Source: Eledone cirrhosa (Eukaryota). From it: a stretch of 64,000 nucleotides of DNA. The translations under genes were made by a program, and so were the position numbers. The stretch spans positions 280,426,001 through 280,490,000 of the forward strand of contig OZ024743.1 of the NCBI GenBank assembly GCA_964016885.1, given 5' to 3'. How positions within the stretch are numbered: position 1 is the stretch's first letter; every line of letters begins with the position of its first letter. This document shows positions 41,471 through 54,089 of this stretch, one piece after another. A model generated the notes under the pieces. The model had not been told where the DNA came from, did no database searches, and saw only the letters and a program-made list of their open reading frames with translations.

Positions 41471-43082
41471 TATACTCTCTCTTTGTATATATATATATGT
41501 GTGTGTGTGTATGTATGTATGTGCACATACATATTTATATATGTGTGTGTGTGTGTTTGTGTGTCTGTGTCAGTGTGTTTCTGTGCTTGCATGTATTAAT
41601 GTTTTTGATTAATAACTTATTCTCCTGAGACATAAATCAAGGTGTTTGATGTGAGGCAACATTCACAGTCATTCAAGCTATAACTATCATATATTTTCAG
41701 ACATAGTTATTAGCAGACTAGGTTAACAAATATTTCCTTCTTTTCCTTTTTTTGTTAAGAAAGTCGGTTGTGATTTCAGAGTAAATTTGTCATAATTTCT
41801 AACATTTCCTTGTTTACTCTGTATTGTGTTAATATTTACTGGAAGAGGATCTTGCTACTTTTAGACTAGTGTACAAATTGCCCATCTATCATTTTATTTA
41901 TGTTATAACTTTCGTGATGAATTTCCGATACCCTACATGTAAATATGTAGTAGCACAATTAACATTATTATATAAAATAAGTGTATCTGTTAAACAGAGT
42001 TATAGATATCTTACTAATACCAAATACAGGCTTTATAATATAAAGTTTGTAAAATATTGTCTAATTAATGACTAACAGTCTCCTTTGTACAAGCGGACTT
42101 ACCACTATGTCAAAATACTTTTAATCTGGAAGAGTTGTTTCTAGCAGGCTCTTGTGTAAATTAGACAGAGTACTCAAATGTATTCTTAAAGCTATACATC
42201 AATATATACTTTAAGCCAAGACTGCAGACTAGACGTTGCAGCTCACAGGCCTAGATCACAGACCTAGATCTGCCTAATGGTGTAGACCATCGATTACTCA
42301 AACGGGATGCAACCACGACCTTGTGGGGGCTATGAAATTGAAGAGGGCACTGAAAATATAGGGATGGAACAGAATTGTTGGAAGGCAAGCAGTGGTGAGG
42401 GAGAAACGGGACAAAGATAACAAATTAGGTCATCTAGGGAGTAATTAACAAAGACACTGAATATATATACATATACAAGCACAGACATCGAGTAAAGAAT
42501 TTGGTCGAATCGGACTGCTTATTCTAGCAGCCCTTTCACTTTCCGCTGTCACTCTACAGGATGCTAATCATATGATAACTCTCCCTTTCGAAATTATCGC
42601 TGGTTGTGGATATCTCAGTCGAATCTTTTCCTGTTTGAAAATGTTCCCTGACTAGTTGAGATTTTTACAGCACTTGATGCTGAGTTTTACAAAATGAAAC
42701 TGCAGTAAGAGCGCTCTAATTAAGTAGGTAAATATTTCTTTATTTTATTTTCGTTTCCCAATAGAACTTTTATTATACTCTGAATAATTGATTCTTATTA
42801 ATTCCTTCATCGAGGAAAATTGGTATAGTTGAACTCCCTCATATGTATGTCTATAATTGTGTGTATATGTTTATAGCTTCAGCATATATAATATAATATC
42901 AAAATGATGCATACAAACTAATCGAAGAGGAGAGATAAGTGATTAGTTATGAGAATTATATACCAGTAATGAGGGGGTCAGTGTGCTCAATGCGTATTAG
43001 ATGCAAAACAAGCGAACAAAGTGAGTAAGCGAAAGAAATAATGTCAAGCAAACAATTGTATAAGCAGTGCTTTAATACATAA

Positions 43083-43425
43083 ATTAAATGTTGGAGAAAA
43101 CAATACCAAATTCTTGAACAAATATATTTAATGGCTAACAATTGTTTCGGGAACCATATCAGTATTCTTCACATACAGATGATAATTATCGATTATAAAA
43201 TCGATAATAGTAAGTGTATTTTTGAATTTTTATGTTTATTTTTCTTTTCGGCTCTCACGAGGAGACCATATGAGACTTTTCTTTTTAATATCACTTACTA
43301 TTATCGATTTTATAATCTCGATTATTATCATCTGTATCTGAAGAATACTGATATAGTTCCCGAAACAATTGTCAGCCATTAAATATATTTGATCAAGAAT
43401 TTGGTAGTTTTCTCTAACATTTAAT
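43083..43425. repeat. Fold-back module (arms about 135 bp) abutting (TA)n
   Basis: 43083-43220 is the reverse complement of about 43287-43425. Confidence 0.9.
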
Positions 43426-43436
43426 TTATATATATG

Positions 43437-44302
<866 letters not shown>

Positions 44303-44381
44303 TAGATTGAGTTATAAACTCAAAATAGTCTTTTACAATTAAATAGCTCAAAGAAGGGAATCTTTCCGAGCCGTGTAATAC

Positions 44382-44916
44382 AATTGTATATATGAGAGGG
44401 ATGAACACAGATATAACTATACATGTGTTCCAATTGCAAATGACCAAGTTAGCTAGGTTGAAAAATACTAATTTAAAACAATATGGTTTGCCTGACTCGA
44501 TTTAACATAATAAATCAATAAAAATAACAAACATATAGCGGGCAAATACCCTTTGATACCCGGACAGACATGAATCTGTTTCGCAAGAATTATTAAGTGA
44601 AAGCCAAAATTCCTCTGCTCTTCTGCGCGTATCCAGGAAAACTCATACCTTTCACTCCAAAGGATCTAAGAAGACTAAACGATGCGCGGGTATAAACGAA
44701 CATGGCTTTCACTTAATAATTTTTCGCGGAACAGATTCATGTCTGTCCGGGTATCATAGGCTATTTGCTCGATATAGGTTTGTTATTTTTATTAAATCGA
44801 GTCAGGCAAACCATATTGTTTTAAATTAGTATTTTTTCAACCTAGCTAACTTGGTCATTTGCAATTGGAACACATGTATAGTTATATCTGTGTTCATCCC
44901 TCTCATATATCCAATT
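44382..44916. repeat. Fold-back module (arms about 220 bp, spacer about 97 bp) between (TA)n tracts
   Basis: 44382-44606 is the reverse complement of 44703-44916. Confidence 0.9.
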
Positions 44917-45212
44917 ATATATATAGATAGATAGATAGATAGATAGATATATTTCTTTTATTTGCCACTAGGGCATCAAAAGTGGGACAAGTACAAAGGG
45001 GGGAGTTTACACAAAAAGGCGTCCTCAATAAGGAGGAGGCAATAACAAAATATAAAAATAAAATAAGATATAACAAAAAATAAATTTTTAACAAAATCCT
45101 CAATAGAGAGGAGGCGCCTTGGGGGGTCGCACACACCCCCGAAAAAGGTGTGCAACCCTTCTCCTCAGGAGCACAGAGAAGGGGTGCTCCCTTGGTCTTT
45201 CATCTTCCTCAC

Positions 45213-46525
45213 CTATAGTCTGATGTAGAGTGAAGGCCCATTCACACGGGCCATTCTCGCCACTTTCACCCATCTTTCATAGAAACGGCTGGGGTGCAGC
45301 ACCTCTCTCTCCATCCTGATCCTTCTTCCGAAATGATATCGGAAGAAACGGACCAGTTGTTGGCCAGAGAGAAAGGTGCCCGACCTCAGTCCTTTCAGAC
45401 GCGTCCACCATACAACCTCTTTCGCCATGGCTATTACGCACAGAAACACCGCCTCTGCTTCATCTTTGAAGGGGGGAGGCGGCTTGATCATTACAATAGA
45501 CTCGGTGGTCAACCGGATCGGTCCCACCCTTGACAGCAGTTGTTCGACATAGCCCCACAGATCGGCTACGCCCGAGCAGTGTACTAATGCGTGTGCAACG
45601 GTTTCCTCGTCGCACACGCATCTGGGACAGATCTTTTTGGCGGGGTCCCTACCCGGGCGCCCGTGTCTGTAGAGCCTTTCTCGAACGGGTAAAGCCCCTC
45701 GGTAGCACTGCCAGGCCAGGGACTTCTGGAAGTTGTCCATAGGTCCCGGGCTGAATGTCCTACCGAACAGGCTGGCCAGTTCGTCCTCCTCCATGTCTAG
45801 GGCTTCTCCGAGGGCGTCGTCGCACCTGCTGCGCACCAGCCCTCTATAGAATGTTGCGGTGGAGTCTCCACTGATAACCGGATCCGCCTGCCAGAGGGCG
45901 GTGAGCGCCTGGGCACACTCAGTGTGCCAGGCGCCCAGTTTTCTCGGTCTTTGCTTGACCCAGGATTGCAGCTCGGTGAGTGAGACGAGTCTGGGAAAGG
46001 TTCGTCTCACAAACGAGGCCCACACCGGTTGTCCGGTGAGGAATACGTAGAGGTGCCGTAGCCTTAATGCGTGTTTACGCATCATTAGCCACGGCATCCC
46101 CAGCCCTCCTTTCGAAAGGTGTTGACAGCAGATGGATCTCCTCACCATAGGAGCCCGCCTCTTCCAAAGGAATTGGAAGAGCGCGCGCTCCATCTTGGTG
46201 AGCGTTTCCCTTGGGCAGGGCACTACGGTCAGGCGGTAGTAGATGACGGACGCTATGTAGGTGTTCGCCACCTCCGCCCGACCTTTCAGGGATAGTTTGC
46301 AACTGGCCCACTTCTGGGTCAGTGCAAACACCCTGTTCGTAACCTCCGCCCAGTTTTTCTCCACCTGGAGGTCCGGTCCGAACCAGACCCCGAGCAACTT
46401 CACCGGGCCCTCCGTCCAGCGTCCGACGACGCCATCGGAGGGCATCGGTCTGCCCCTCCACGTGCCGAGTTGCAAACCGATCGACTTGTCCCGGTTCAGC
46501 TTAGCCCCTGTGAACTTTTCGTACT
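45213..46525 (-). CDS. ORF2 C-terminal part (post-RT region and CCHC zinc finger)
   Basis: GGLG motif and CPRCVCDEETVAHALVHC. Its first about 212 codons duplicate the end of the upstream ORF. Confidence 0.85.
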
Positions 46526-49278
46526 TGCCAGATAGCCGTGAGCGCCTGGGCACACTCAGTGTGCCAGTTGCCCAGTTTTCTCGGTCTTTGCTTCACCCAG
46601 GATTGCAGTTCGGTGAGCGAGACGAGCTGTGGGAAGGCTCGCCTCACAAACGGGGCCCACACCGGCTGACCGTTGAGGAATACCTGTAGATGCCGTAGCC
46701 TCAATGCGTGCCTACGCATCAACAGCCACGGCATACCCAGCCCTCCTTTCGAAGGGTGCTGGCAGCAGATGGATCTCCTCACCATGGGAGGCCGCTTCTT
46801 CCAGAGGAACTGGAAGAGCATGCGTTCCATGATGGTGAGCTTTTCCTTGGGGCAAGGCACGACGGTCAGGCGGTAGTAGATGACGGATGCTATGTAAGCG
46901 TTCGTCACCTCCGCCCGACCTTTCAGTGATAGTTTGCACTTGGCCCACTTCTGGGTCAGCGCAAACACCCTGCTCGTCACCTCGCCCCAATTCTTCTCCA
47001 CCTGGAGGTCCGGTCCGAACCAGACCCCGAGCAGCTTCACCGGGCCCTCCGTCCACCGCCCGACGACACCGTCTAACGGCATCGGTTTGCCCCTCCACGT
47101 TCCGAGTTGCAAACCGACTGACTTGTCCTGGTTCAGCTTAGCCCCCGTCAGCCTTTCGTATTCCTCCAGTAGGGTGGCGATCGCCCCGATTTCCGAGGCG
47201 TCCGCCACCATTACTGTTACGTCGTCGGCATAGGCCGAGACCGCTTTGTGCAATCCCGGTTCCAGGGGTATGCCCCGCAGCAACTCCAACTTCCGCAGCA
47301 GTGGCTCGAGAGTCAATACGTACAGAAGGGAGGAGAGGGGGCACCCCTGTCTGATGGATCGGGTGATTTGAAACGGCTCCGAGAGGTAGCCGTTTACTTT
47401 AATCCTAGAGTAGATGTTGCCACTGTGCATGGCAGAAATCCAGCCCCTGAAAACGGGTCCGAAGCCCGCCGCCGCTAGCACCGCATCCAGGTAACCATGG
47501 TCGACCCTATCGAACGCCTTAGATTGAGCCAAGTTGATCAGGGCCCCACCAAAGCCGGGTTCGTAGCCAACCCTCTCTATGATGTATCGCATGAGGTGGA
47601 GGTTGTCGTGAATGGACCTGGACGGGATAGCGCATGTCTGCGCGTCTCCCACCAAACCACCCACCACAAGCGCCAACCTCTTCGCCAACACCTTGGCCAA
47701 AATCTGTAACTCTGCATTCAGCAGAGTTATGGGCCTAAAGTTACTTAAGTCGTCCCCCTTGCTCTCGTCCTTCCTCACTAGCGTGACCACGCCCTTGGTC
47801 ACAGAACAGGGAATTCTCCCGTTCTGTTGCCAGTTGCAGTAGACAGCCTCGAGGAGTTCGGAGAACAAGACCGGCATAGCTAAATAAAGTTCGTATGGTA
47901 GACCATCGAGACCCGGGGATTTGCGTCTGCTGCATTGGCTGAGCGCTTCCCCGATTTCAGTGGCTGTGATTGGCCCTTCGCAGCACTCCGCTTCGCCGCT
48001 CGAAAGACGCGGTAGACCGTCGAGGTATGGACCGAAGTCCACATCCCCGTCCGGCCCCCCGCCACCTCCGAACAGTCGAGCAAAGTGCCTTTGAAAGGTC
48101 TCGCACATTCGCTCAGGTTCAAGGATCACCCGTCCATCCTGGTCTCGCAAAGACCGAATGGTGGATTTAATCCCACTCTTGGCTTCTGTCACGCGGGCCC
48201 AGCTAACAGCTTTGGTCCCCTCGTTTCCTAAAGCACGTATTTTACTTCGGACAACGCAGCCTTCGTGCTTCGCGTCAAAGAACTGGCTCAATGCCGTTCT
48301 CGTCGCTAACACTCTGGCTACGTCTCCGCTCCTAATCGCCTCTTCTAGTTTATCTGTTAACTCCCTTTCCCTCCTATTTCTATTCGCCGCTAGTTCCTTA
48401 CTGTAACCTATCGAACTTACTCTAATCTCTCTCTTTAGAGATATCCACCACCTACTGTTGACGATCGCTCCCGTCAACCGCATCTTAACTAAGCTACTAA
48501 TCCGGTTTCTGTAATCTTTCTTTGTCGGTAAGGACAAGTTCATCTTCCAGTAACCGGGACCCTGTCTATGCGTTCTATCAAGGTTGACCACGCAGGTCAC
48601 TAATTTGTGATCTGAATAGCCAACCATGATCAGTTCTGGACAACTAAATACGTCCCTATCCTTACTCCTAACCAAAAACCTATCTAGGTACGATCTAGAT
48701 TGTCCACTGCGGTTTGCCCAGGTCCAGGTTGGCGCAGTTGGACAATCTAGTCGAAATCTATCGACCAGGTCGAATCGATCGAGTAACCCCTTGAGGCTGC
48801 TACACCCCCCTCTATCGGGACATGCCCCTGCATAGTCCCAACGCGCATCTAGGATTCCATTCCAGTCCCTCACTAAAAGCAGGGAACGCGACGTTCCTAG
48901 AAAAGTCTCCAGACGTTGGAAGAAGTCGGCTCTCTCCGCCCCGAAGGGAGCATAAAGACCGACCAGTCTGAAAGCCCCGCCTTCACCACCTCCGACGTCC
49001 AGCACCAGTAATCGACCCCCCGGGTCCGAGTGAACAATCTGTACGTCGAGAGTCAGACGTTTATCCAGCAGTACGGCAACTCCCCCCCCGCCTCCGGGTT
49101 GACAGAGAGATGCGTGCATCTCAAAGTCATCGAAGGCGGGCGCCAGCTGTCTCACGCTGCTGATCCGACTCTCGCAAACAACCATCACATCTATACTTTG
49201 TGACCTGAGGTCACTTAGAAGCTTTGCTTGCTTCCAAGCTGAGCTCAGGCCACGCGCGTTCAAACAGCCAACTCTCAA
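46501..49278 (-). CDS. ORF2 apurinic-type endonuclease plus reverse transcriptase (probably inactive, frameshifted near the C-terminus)
   Basis: EN motifs CLNARGL, YAP, (R)DWN, YLDRFL, SDH. RT motifs SPGLDG, FRPITLLN, LAQSKAFD (Ala where a catalytic Asp is expected), QGCPLS, YADD. Confidence 0.92.
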   Translation of the reverse strand: MRVGCLNARGLSSAWKQAKLLSDLRSQSIDVMVVCESRISSVRQLAPAFDDFEMHASLCQPGGGGGVAVLLDKRLTLDVQIVHSDPGGRLLVLDVGGGEGGAFRLVGLYAPFGAERADFFQRLETFLGTSRSLLLVRDWNGILDARWDYAGACPDRGGCSSLKGLLDRFDLVDRFRLDCPTAPTWTWANRSGQSRSYLDRFLVRSKDRDVFSCPELIMVGYSDHKLVTCVVNLDRTHRQGPGYWKMNLSLPTKKDYRNRISSLVKMRLTGAIVNSRWWISLKREIRVSSIGYSKELAANRNRRERELTDKLEEAIRSGDVARVLATRTALSQFFDAKHEGCVVRSKIRALGNEGTKAVSWARVTEAKSGIKSTIRSLRDQDGRVILEPERMCETFQRHFARLFGGGGGPDGDVDFGPYLDGLPRLSSGEAECCEGPITATEIGEALSQCSRRKSPGLDGLPYELYLAMPVLFSELLEAVYCNWQQNGRIPCSVTKGVVTLVRKDESKGDDLSNFRPITLLNAELQILAKVLAKRLALVVGGLVGDAQTCAIPSRSIHDNLHLMRYIIERVGYEPGFGGALINLAQSKAFDRVDHGYLDAVLAAAGFGPVFRGWISAMHSGNIYSRIKVNGYLSEPFQITRSIRQGCPLSSLLYVLTLEPLLRKLELLRGIPLEPGLHKAVSAYADDVTVMVADASEIGAIATLLEEYERLTGAKLNQDKSVGLQLGTWRGKPMPLDGVVGRWTEGPVKLLGVWFGPDLQVEKNWGEVTSRVFALTQKWAKCKLSLKGRAEVTNAYIASVIYYRLTVVPCPKEKLTIMERMLFQFLWKKRPPMVRRSICCQHPSKGGLGMPWLLMRRHALRLRHLQVFLNGQPVWAPFVRRAFPQLVSLTELQSWVKQRPRKLGNWHTECAQALTAIWQVRKVHRG

Positions 49279-49283
49279 TTGAT

Positions 49284-51146
49284 CTATTTTGGTGTTGAAA
49301 GTGAAGAAAGAAAAGCACTTACCTCTCCGGGTTGCGTAATTTCCATGGCATCAGGTGTGTTGGGTGGAGGGATGTTTTGTGGTGGTGTGGGGGTACACGT
49401 GTGTGGTGGGGTTGGGGTATTTGGAGTTGTGTCAGGGAGAGGGGCGGTTATGGGGAAATCTTTCAAGAGGACGCGATTCAACGGTTTTAAACAGGGGGGG
49501 CTCACGTCCCGTCTAAATTGTTCTTTTAAGGAACGATAAAGGTCCAGAGGGACCTTTATCATTTTTAAATGGGTGAAGTTCTCTGTTGAGATAAAGTTTG
49601 GCCCTTCGGTCTGCACCATAGGGTTATTGTTTATTAATTTAACCAGTTTTTTGTTTTCTTTATTTATATATGTGTATTGCAACGTCTTTTTTTGTGATGC
49701 TGTCAATGTTTCGGAGAGGGGAGGCGCAGATTTATTTTTGTTTGTTGAGGGTGGGGTGTTTTTGATTGGAGTTGGTGTTTGTGTGTGGGTTATTTGTGGT
49801 GTGCTGGGTGTGTGTTTTCTTTTTTTTCTTTTAACTTGTCTGAAGGCTTCTCCTCCTTCTTCTTCAGAAGTTGGGGGAAACTCTTCAGCGCTAGGTGGGA
49901 GGGACGTGTTGTGTGGTTGTTTTTTTTTTGCGGGAGGGGTAGATTTGTTACTGTTTTTTTTATTATTTGTTTGGAATGGGTTTTGTGGTGGTGGTGGTGG
50001 TAATGTTTGTGTCGTGCTTGTGGTTGGTAATGGTGGTGGTGATGTTTGTGTTGTGGTTGGTGGTGGTGATTTTTGTGTCGTGCTTGTGTTTGGTGCTGGT
50101 GGTGGTGATGTTTGTGTTGTGTTTGTGGTTGGTGGTGTCTGTATTTTGTTTGCTGTGTGTGGTATTAGTGTATTTTTGGAGGTGGGTGGTGCTGGTGTAC
50201 TGTTTGTGGTGGGTGTGGGCAATAGTCCTTTTTGGGGGATACGTTTCGGGCAGTTAGCCTTAACGTGTCCCCTTTCCATGCATAAATAGCATGCTGGTCT
50301 TCTCCCCTCTACAATTATGTCTATTGGGGTAAGGTCATCCAGCCAGATGCGATCCGGGATTTGTGCTATTCTTTCGGGCCTCATTTGGACTAGTATGTCG
50401 AGGCCCATTCCCAGGAACGCATCTCCAGTTGCCTTCCCCATTGACAGCATAGTGTCTTCGCCCATATCAATGAAGCCAGCAATAGCCCACCAGAAGTCCA
50501 TTGTGGGCAGCATTGTTTTTACTTTTACCCTCTGTGTTCTTCTACCCATGTAGGAGGGATAGAAGCTATATGTTGTCGACGAGAGTGGGCTTAGGGAAAG
50601 CTGAACCGCCGTTTCTTTGTCTCTTGTTAGGACCGAAATGCTGCCATAGAGTCGGTCCTTTCGTATGAAGAGAATATTCTTCATATAGTCTTTTAGGACT
50701 AACTCTATTTCCATTTGGCTGGGCTGTGCTGGCTTTCTTGACTGGTTTAGTATAGTTCTGTATATAACTGTGTTTTCTGCTCTGGCTTTCTTGAATTCTG
50801 GGGGGGAGTTAATGGAAAGCATTCCGTTCTCCCCCAAAACAATATGTTTCTTTGCTTCGGCCAGTTTTTCTCTGGCGGCAGTTAGGTCAATTGGTGTGTA
50901 TGTAATGGATTGCTTTGTTTTCTGGGCGAAAGTTGCCCTGTCGTTATTTGTATTATTTTCTGTTTGTTTGTTTTCTGTTTGCTCATTTTCCTTAACATTT
51001 GTTTTTTCATTTTGTTTGTTTGTTTCAATGTCTAATTTTGTTGTAATTATTTTTTGTTCTTCAGACTTGGGGGGCGTGGCAGAGCTAATGGCAGACATGT
51101 CTGCCATCTTTTCCGCCATGCTGCCAAGAAAGAAATTTTTCGGCAA
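49284..51146 (-). CDS. ORF1 (gag-like nucleic-acid-binding protein), 620 aa
   Basis: Open frame with CCHC knuckle CYLCMERGHVKANC and a Pro/Thr-rich, basic C-terminal half; lies directly upstream of ORF2. Confidence 0.88.
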   Translation of the reverse strand: MPKNFFLGSMAEKMADMSAISSATPPKSEEQKIITTKLDIETNKQNEKTNVKENEQTENKQTENNTNNDRATFAQKTKQSITYTPIDLTAAREKLAEAKKHIVLGENGMLSINSPPEFKKARAENTVIYRTILNQSRKPAQPSQMEIELVLKDYMKNILFIRKDRLYGSISVLTRDKETAVQLSLSPLSSTTYSFYPSYMGRRTQRVKVKTMLPTMDFWWAIAGFIDMGEDTMLSMGKATGDAFLGMGLDILVQMRPERIAQIPDRIWLDDLTPIDIIVEGRRPACYLCMERGHVKANCPKRIPQKGLLPTPTTNSTPAPPTSKNTLIPHTANKIQTPPTTNTTQTSPPPAPNTSTTQKSPPPTTTQTSPPPLPTTSTTQTLPPPPPQNPFQTNNKKNSNKSTPPAKKKQPHNTSLPPSAEEFPPTSEEEGGEAFRQVKRKKRKHTPSTPQITHTQTPTPIKNTPPSTNKNKSAPPLSETLTASQKKTLQYTYINKENKKLVKLINNNPMVQTEGPNFISTENFTHLKMIKVPLDLYRSLKEQFRRDVSPPCLKPLNRVLLKDFPITAPLPDTTPNTPTPPHTCTPTPPQNIPPPNTPDAMEITQPGEVSAFLSSLSTPK

Positions 51147-51320
51147 AAATAGATATTTATTTTACCCCCTAAAAAGGGGGTAAATGCAAAAATGTTTCCC
51201 TAAATAACAGGGGTTAGTGTTCCAAATGTGTTGCACTAAAAAATTTATCCGGTACTTACAATAGTAAGGGTAAATCCCGATGGAATAGCGGAGCCGATGC
51301 GAAGCGTGTCTTACTCTATC

Positions 51321-51357
<37 letters not shown>

Positions 51358-51365
51358 GGATAGAT

Positions 51366-52345
51366 AACTTTCTTTTTATTTGCCACCAGGGCATCAAAGA
51401 GGGGACAAGTACCATGGGGGGAGTTTACATAAAATGGCGTCCTCAATAAGGAGGAGGCAATAACAAAATATAAAAATATAAAATATAAAATATAACAAAA
51501 ATAAATTGAAAAACAAAATCCTCAATAGCGAGGAGACGCCTTGGGAGGTCGCACACACACCCGAAAAAAGTGTGCAACCCTTCTCCTCAGGAGCACAGAG
51601 AGAGGGTGCTCCCATGAACTTTCATCTTTATCACCTACAGTCTGATGTAGAGTGAAGGCCCATTCACACAGGCCATTCTCCCTACTTTCACCCATCTTTC
51701 ATAAAAACGGCTGGGGTGCAGCACCTCTCTTTCCATCCTGATCCTTCTTCCGAAATGATATCGGAAGAAACAGACCAGTTGTTGGCCAGAGAGAAAGGTG
51801 TCTGACCTCAGTCCTTTCAGACGCGTCCACCATACAACCTCTTTCGCCATGGCTATTACGCACAGAAACACCGCCTCTCTTTCGTTTTTGAAGAGGGGAG
51901 GCGGCTTGATCGTTACAATAGACTCGGTGGTCAACCGGATCGGTCCCACCCTTGACAGCAGTTGTTCCACATAGCCCCACAGATCGGCAATGCCCGAGCA
52001 GTGTACCAATGCGTGTGCAACGGTTTCCTCGTCGCACACGCATCTGGGACAGATCTTTTTTGAGGGGTCGCTACCCGGGCGCCCGTGTCTGTAGAGCCTT
52101 TCTCGAACGGGCAGAGCCCTTCTGTAGCACTGCCAGGCCAGGGACCTCTGGAAGATATCCATGGGTCCCGGGCTAAATGTCCTACCGAACAGGTTGGCCA
52201 GTTCGTCTTCCTCCATGCCTATGGCTTCTCCGAGAGCGTCGTCGCACCTGCTAACCACCAGCACTCTATAGAATGACGCGGTGGATTCTCCACTGACAGC
52301 CGGGTTCGCCTGCCAGAGAGCTGTGAGCACCTGGGCACACTCGGT

Positions 52346-52346
<1 letters not shown>
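51366..52346 (-). mobile_element. 5'-truncated second copy of the Tx1-like element
   Basis: Co-linear with 44950-45925 (ORF 51635-52330 is similar to the C-terminus above). (GATA)n lies on both sides. Confidence 0.93.
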
Positions 52347-52414
<68 letters not shown>

Positions 52415-52416
<2 letters not shown>

Positions 52417-52598
52417 TTCTTTATTAGCCACAGGGGCACACAAGAAGGGGACAATACAAAGGGGGAAGTTTACATACAATAAAAACGTGTAAAATACTAT
52501 TATATGCAATTTAAAAATTAATCGATTTTCCCCAATAGGGGGAGACATTACATATGGGTAACACATACCCCCGAAAAAATGTGCAACCCTCATCTCCA
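52415..52598 (-). mobile_element. 3'-UTR fragment of a third, more diverged Tx1-like copy
   Basis: tttctttattagccacaggggcac...gggacaatacaaagggggaagtttac...ccccgaaaaaatgtgcaaccct matches the 3' UTRs of the other copies and abuts (GATA)n. Confidence 0.8.
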
Positions 52599-52599
52599 G

Positions 52600-53900
52600 A
52601 ACATCCCTTTACTAAAAACAGACCCAAGAATGAATAAAATCCTCCAAACACACAACATCATAAAGAGCAAAAGACAACCTAAATCCATAAAAAACAACTT
52701 AAAACAAGCCAAAATCCACCAACCCTCACAATGAACCCTACAGTAAAAAAAATGCGGAAAGGCCAACTGTCGTATATGCATAAATCTAATAGAAGGTTCA
52801 ACATTCCACTTTAAACAAGGACAACATTTCACAGTTAAATACAACTTTACATGTGCATCTGAAAACCTAATCTATGTTTTGACCTGCTCAGGTTGTCGAG
52901 AGCAATACATAGGACAGACAAAAAACAGCCTCCAACAACGTATGACCGTCCATAGATCACAAATCAAAATACAGGAATACAGAAAGATTGCTTTTAGTGA
53001 ACATATCGCCAATTGTGCACCTAACCAACAACCAAACTTTAGAATTTTCCCCATTTACAAATTCATAGACAACGCTTCTTTCATCCATCGAACTAATAAG
53101 GAAACGTACTTCATTAACACATTCCAACCTCTACTTAATGGACTAAACTTCGGACTAAACTAAAACTGGAACGAACAATAAACCATAGTCCAAAATTCCC
53201 ACGTTCTCTAAAGAGTTACCTCCCTCACACCCGACCTAATCCTTTTTCTCATATAAATGAATTACCCCCGTCTCTTCTCTTTCTCCTAACTGATCACTCT
53301 GAATTACCTACCCCTGCATATTAATTCCTTAAAAGGGGAAAACATATCTATACCCAGGCAGATTTTTGCCACCATCATGGAACAACTCCTCCAAGCGCTC
53401 CTGCCATAATAACACTTTTTTAACTGTTTATCCTCAAAAACCATGCCTGTAAATAATATTATTCTTTCTTTCCCATTACCTTATCATGTTCCACATCACC
53501 CCTTTTTTTAACTTCAAAAAGCTTGTTTGTAAATAATATTATTCTTTCTTTCCCATTTCAATAACATGTTCAACATCACCTTATCTTCTCTCCTGCATTT
53601 TATACCAAAACAAATTCCCCCCTTTTTTCTCTCCCACTCACATAATTTGATAATGCATAGAATGCTGAAACCGGTAATTGATAATTATTAAATAAATAAA
53701 TTAATAAATAAATAAATCAATGGTATTGTTAATTAATAAATAAATTAACAAATACCTTAACACTTCACACAAAGTTAAATATTTTGTTTTAAACATATTC
53801 TAACCCAGAAAAAAGAGAAAAAAATAAAGGAAAAAAAATATTTTTCTTCCTAATAATCGTTTTTTTCTCCCTATTTACATATATAAATATATTCCAACTC
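52600..53900 (+). mobile_element. 5'-truncated Penelope-like element: GIY-YIG endonuclease end and 3' UTR
   Basis: KCGKANCRIC...FTCASENLIYVLTCSGCREQYIGQT...RMTVHRSQI...ETYFINTFQPLLN (coding ends 53163). Decayed hammerhead at 53644-53679; ends near (TA)n. Confidence 0.88.
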
Positions 53901-53956
53901 GTGTGTTCCTTCTCCAAATGTTATAATTATATGTATACATATATATGTATATATAT

Positions 53957-54087
<131 letters not shown>

Positions 54088-54089
54088 TA

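Larger units (their letters stand above)
44950..51322 (-). mobile_element. Near full-length Tx1/L1-clade non-LTR retrotransposon flanked by (GATA)n
   Basis: ORF1, APE-RT ORF2 and a 3' UTR ending TGGCAAATAAAAGAAAT. (GATA)n lies on both sides (44923-44949, 51323-51365). Confidence 0.93.

Noticed and set aside
49284-49322. Apparent 39-nt GT-AG intron at the end of ORF1 (GAG|GTAAGT...TAG)
   Set aside because: Very short, and removing it yields an immediate stop rather than an ORF1-ORF2 fusion.
45294-51183. Plus-strand ORFs within the Tx1-like element
   Set aside because: Antisense shadows of GC-rich coding sequence with no motifs.
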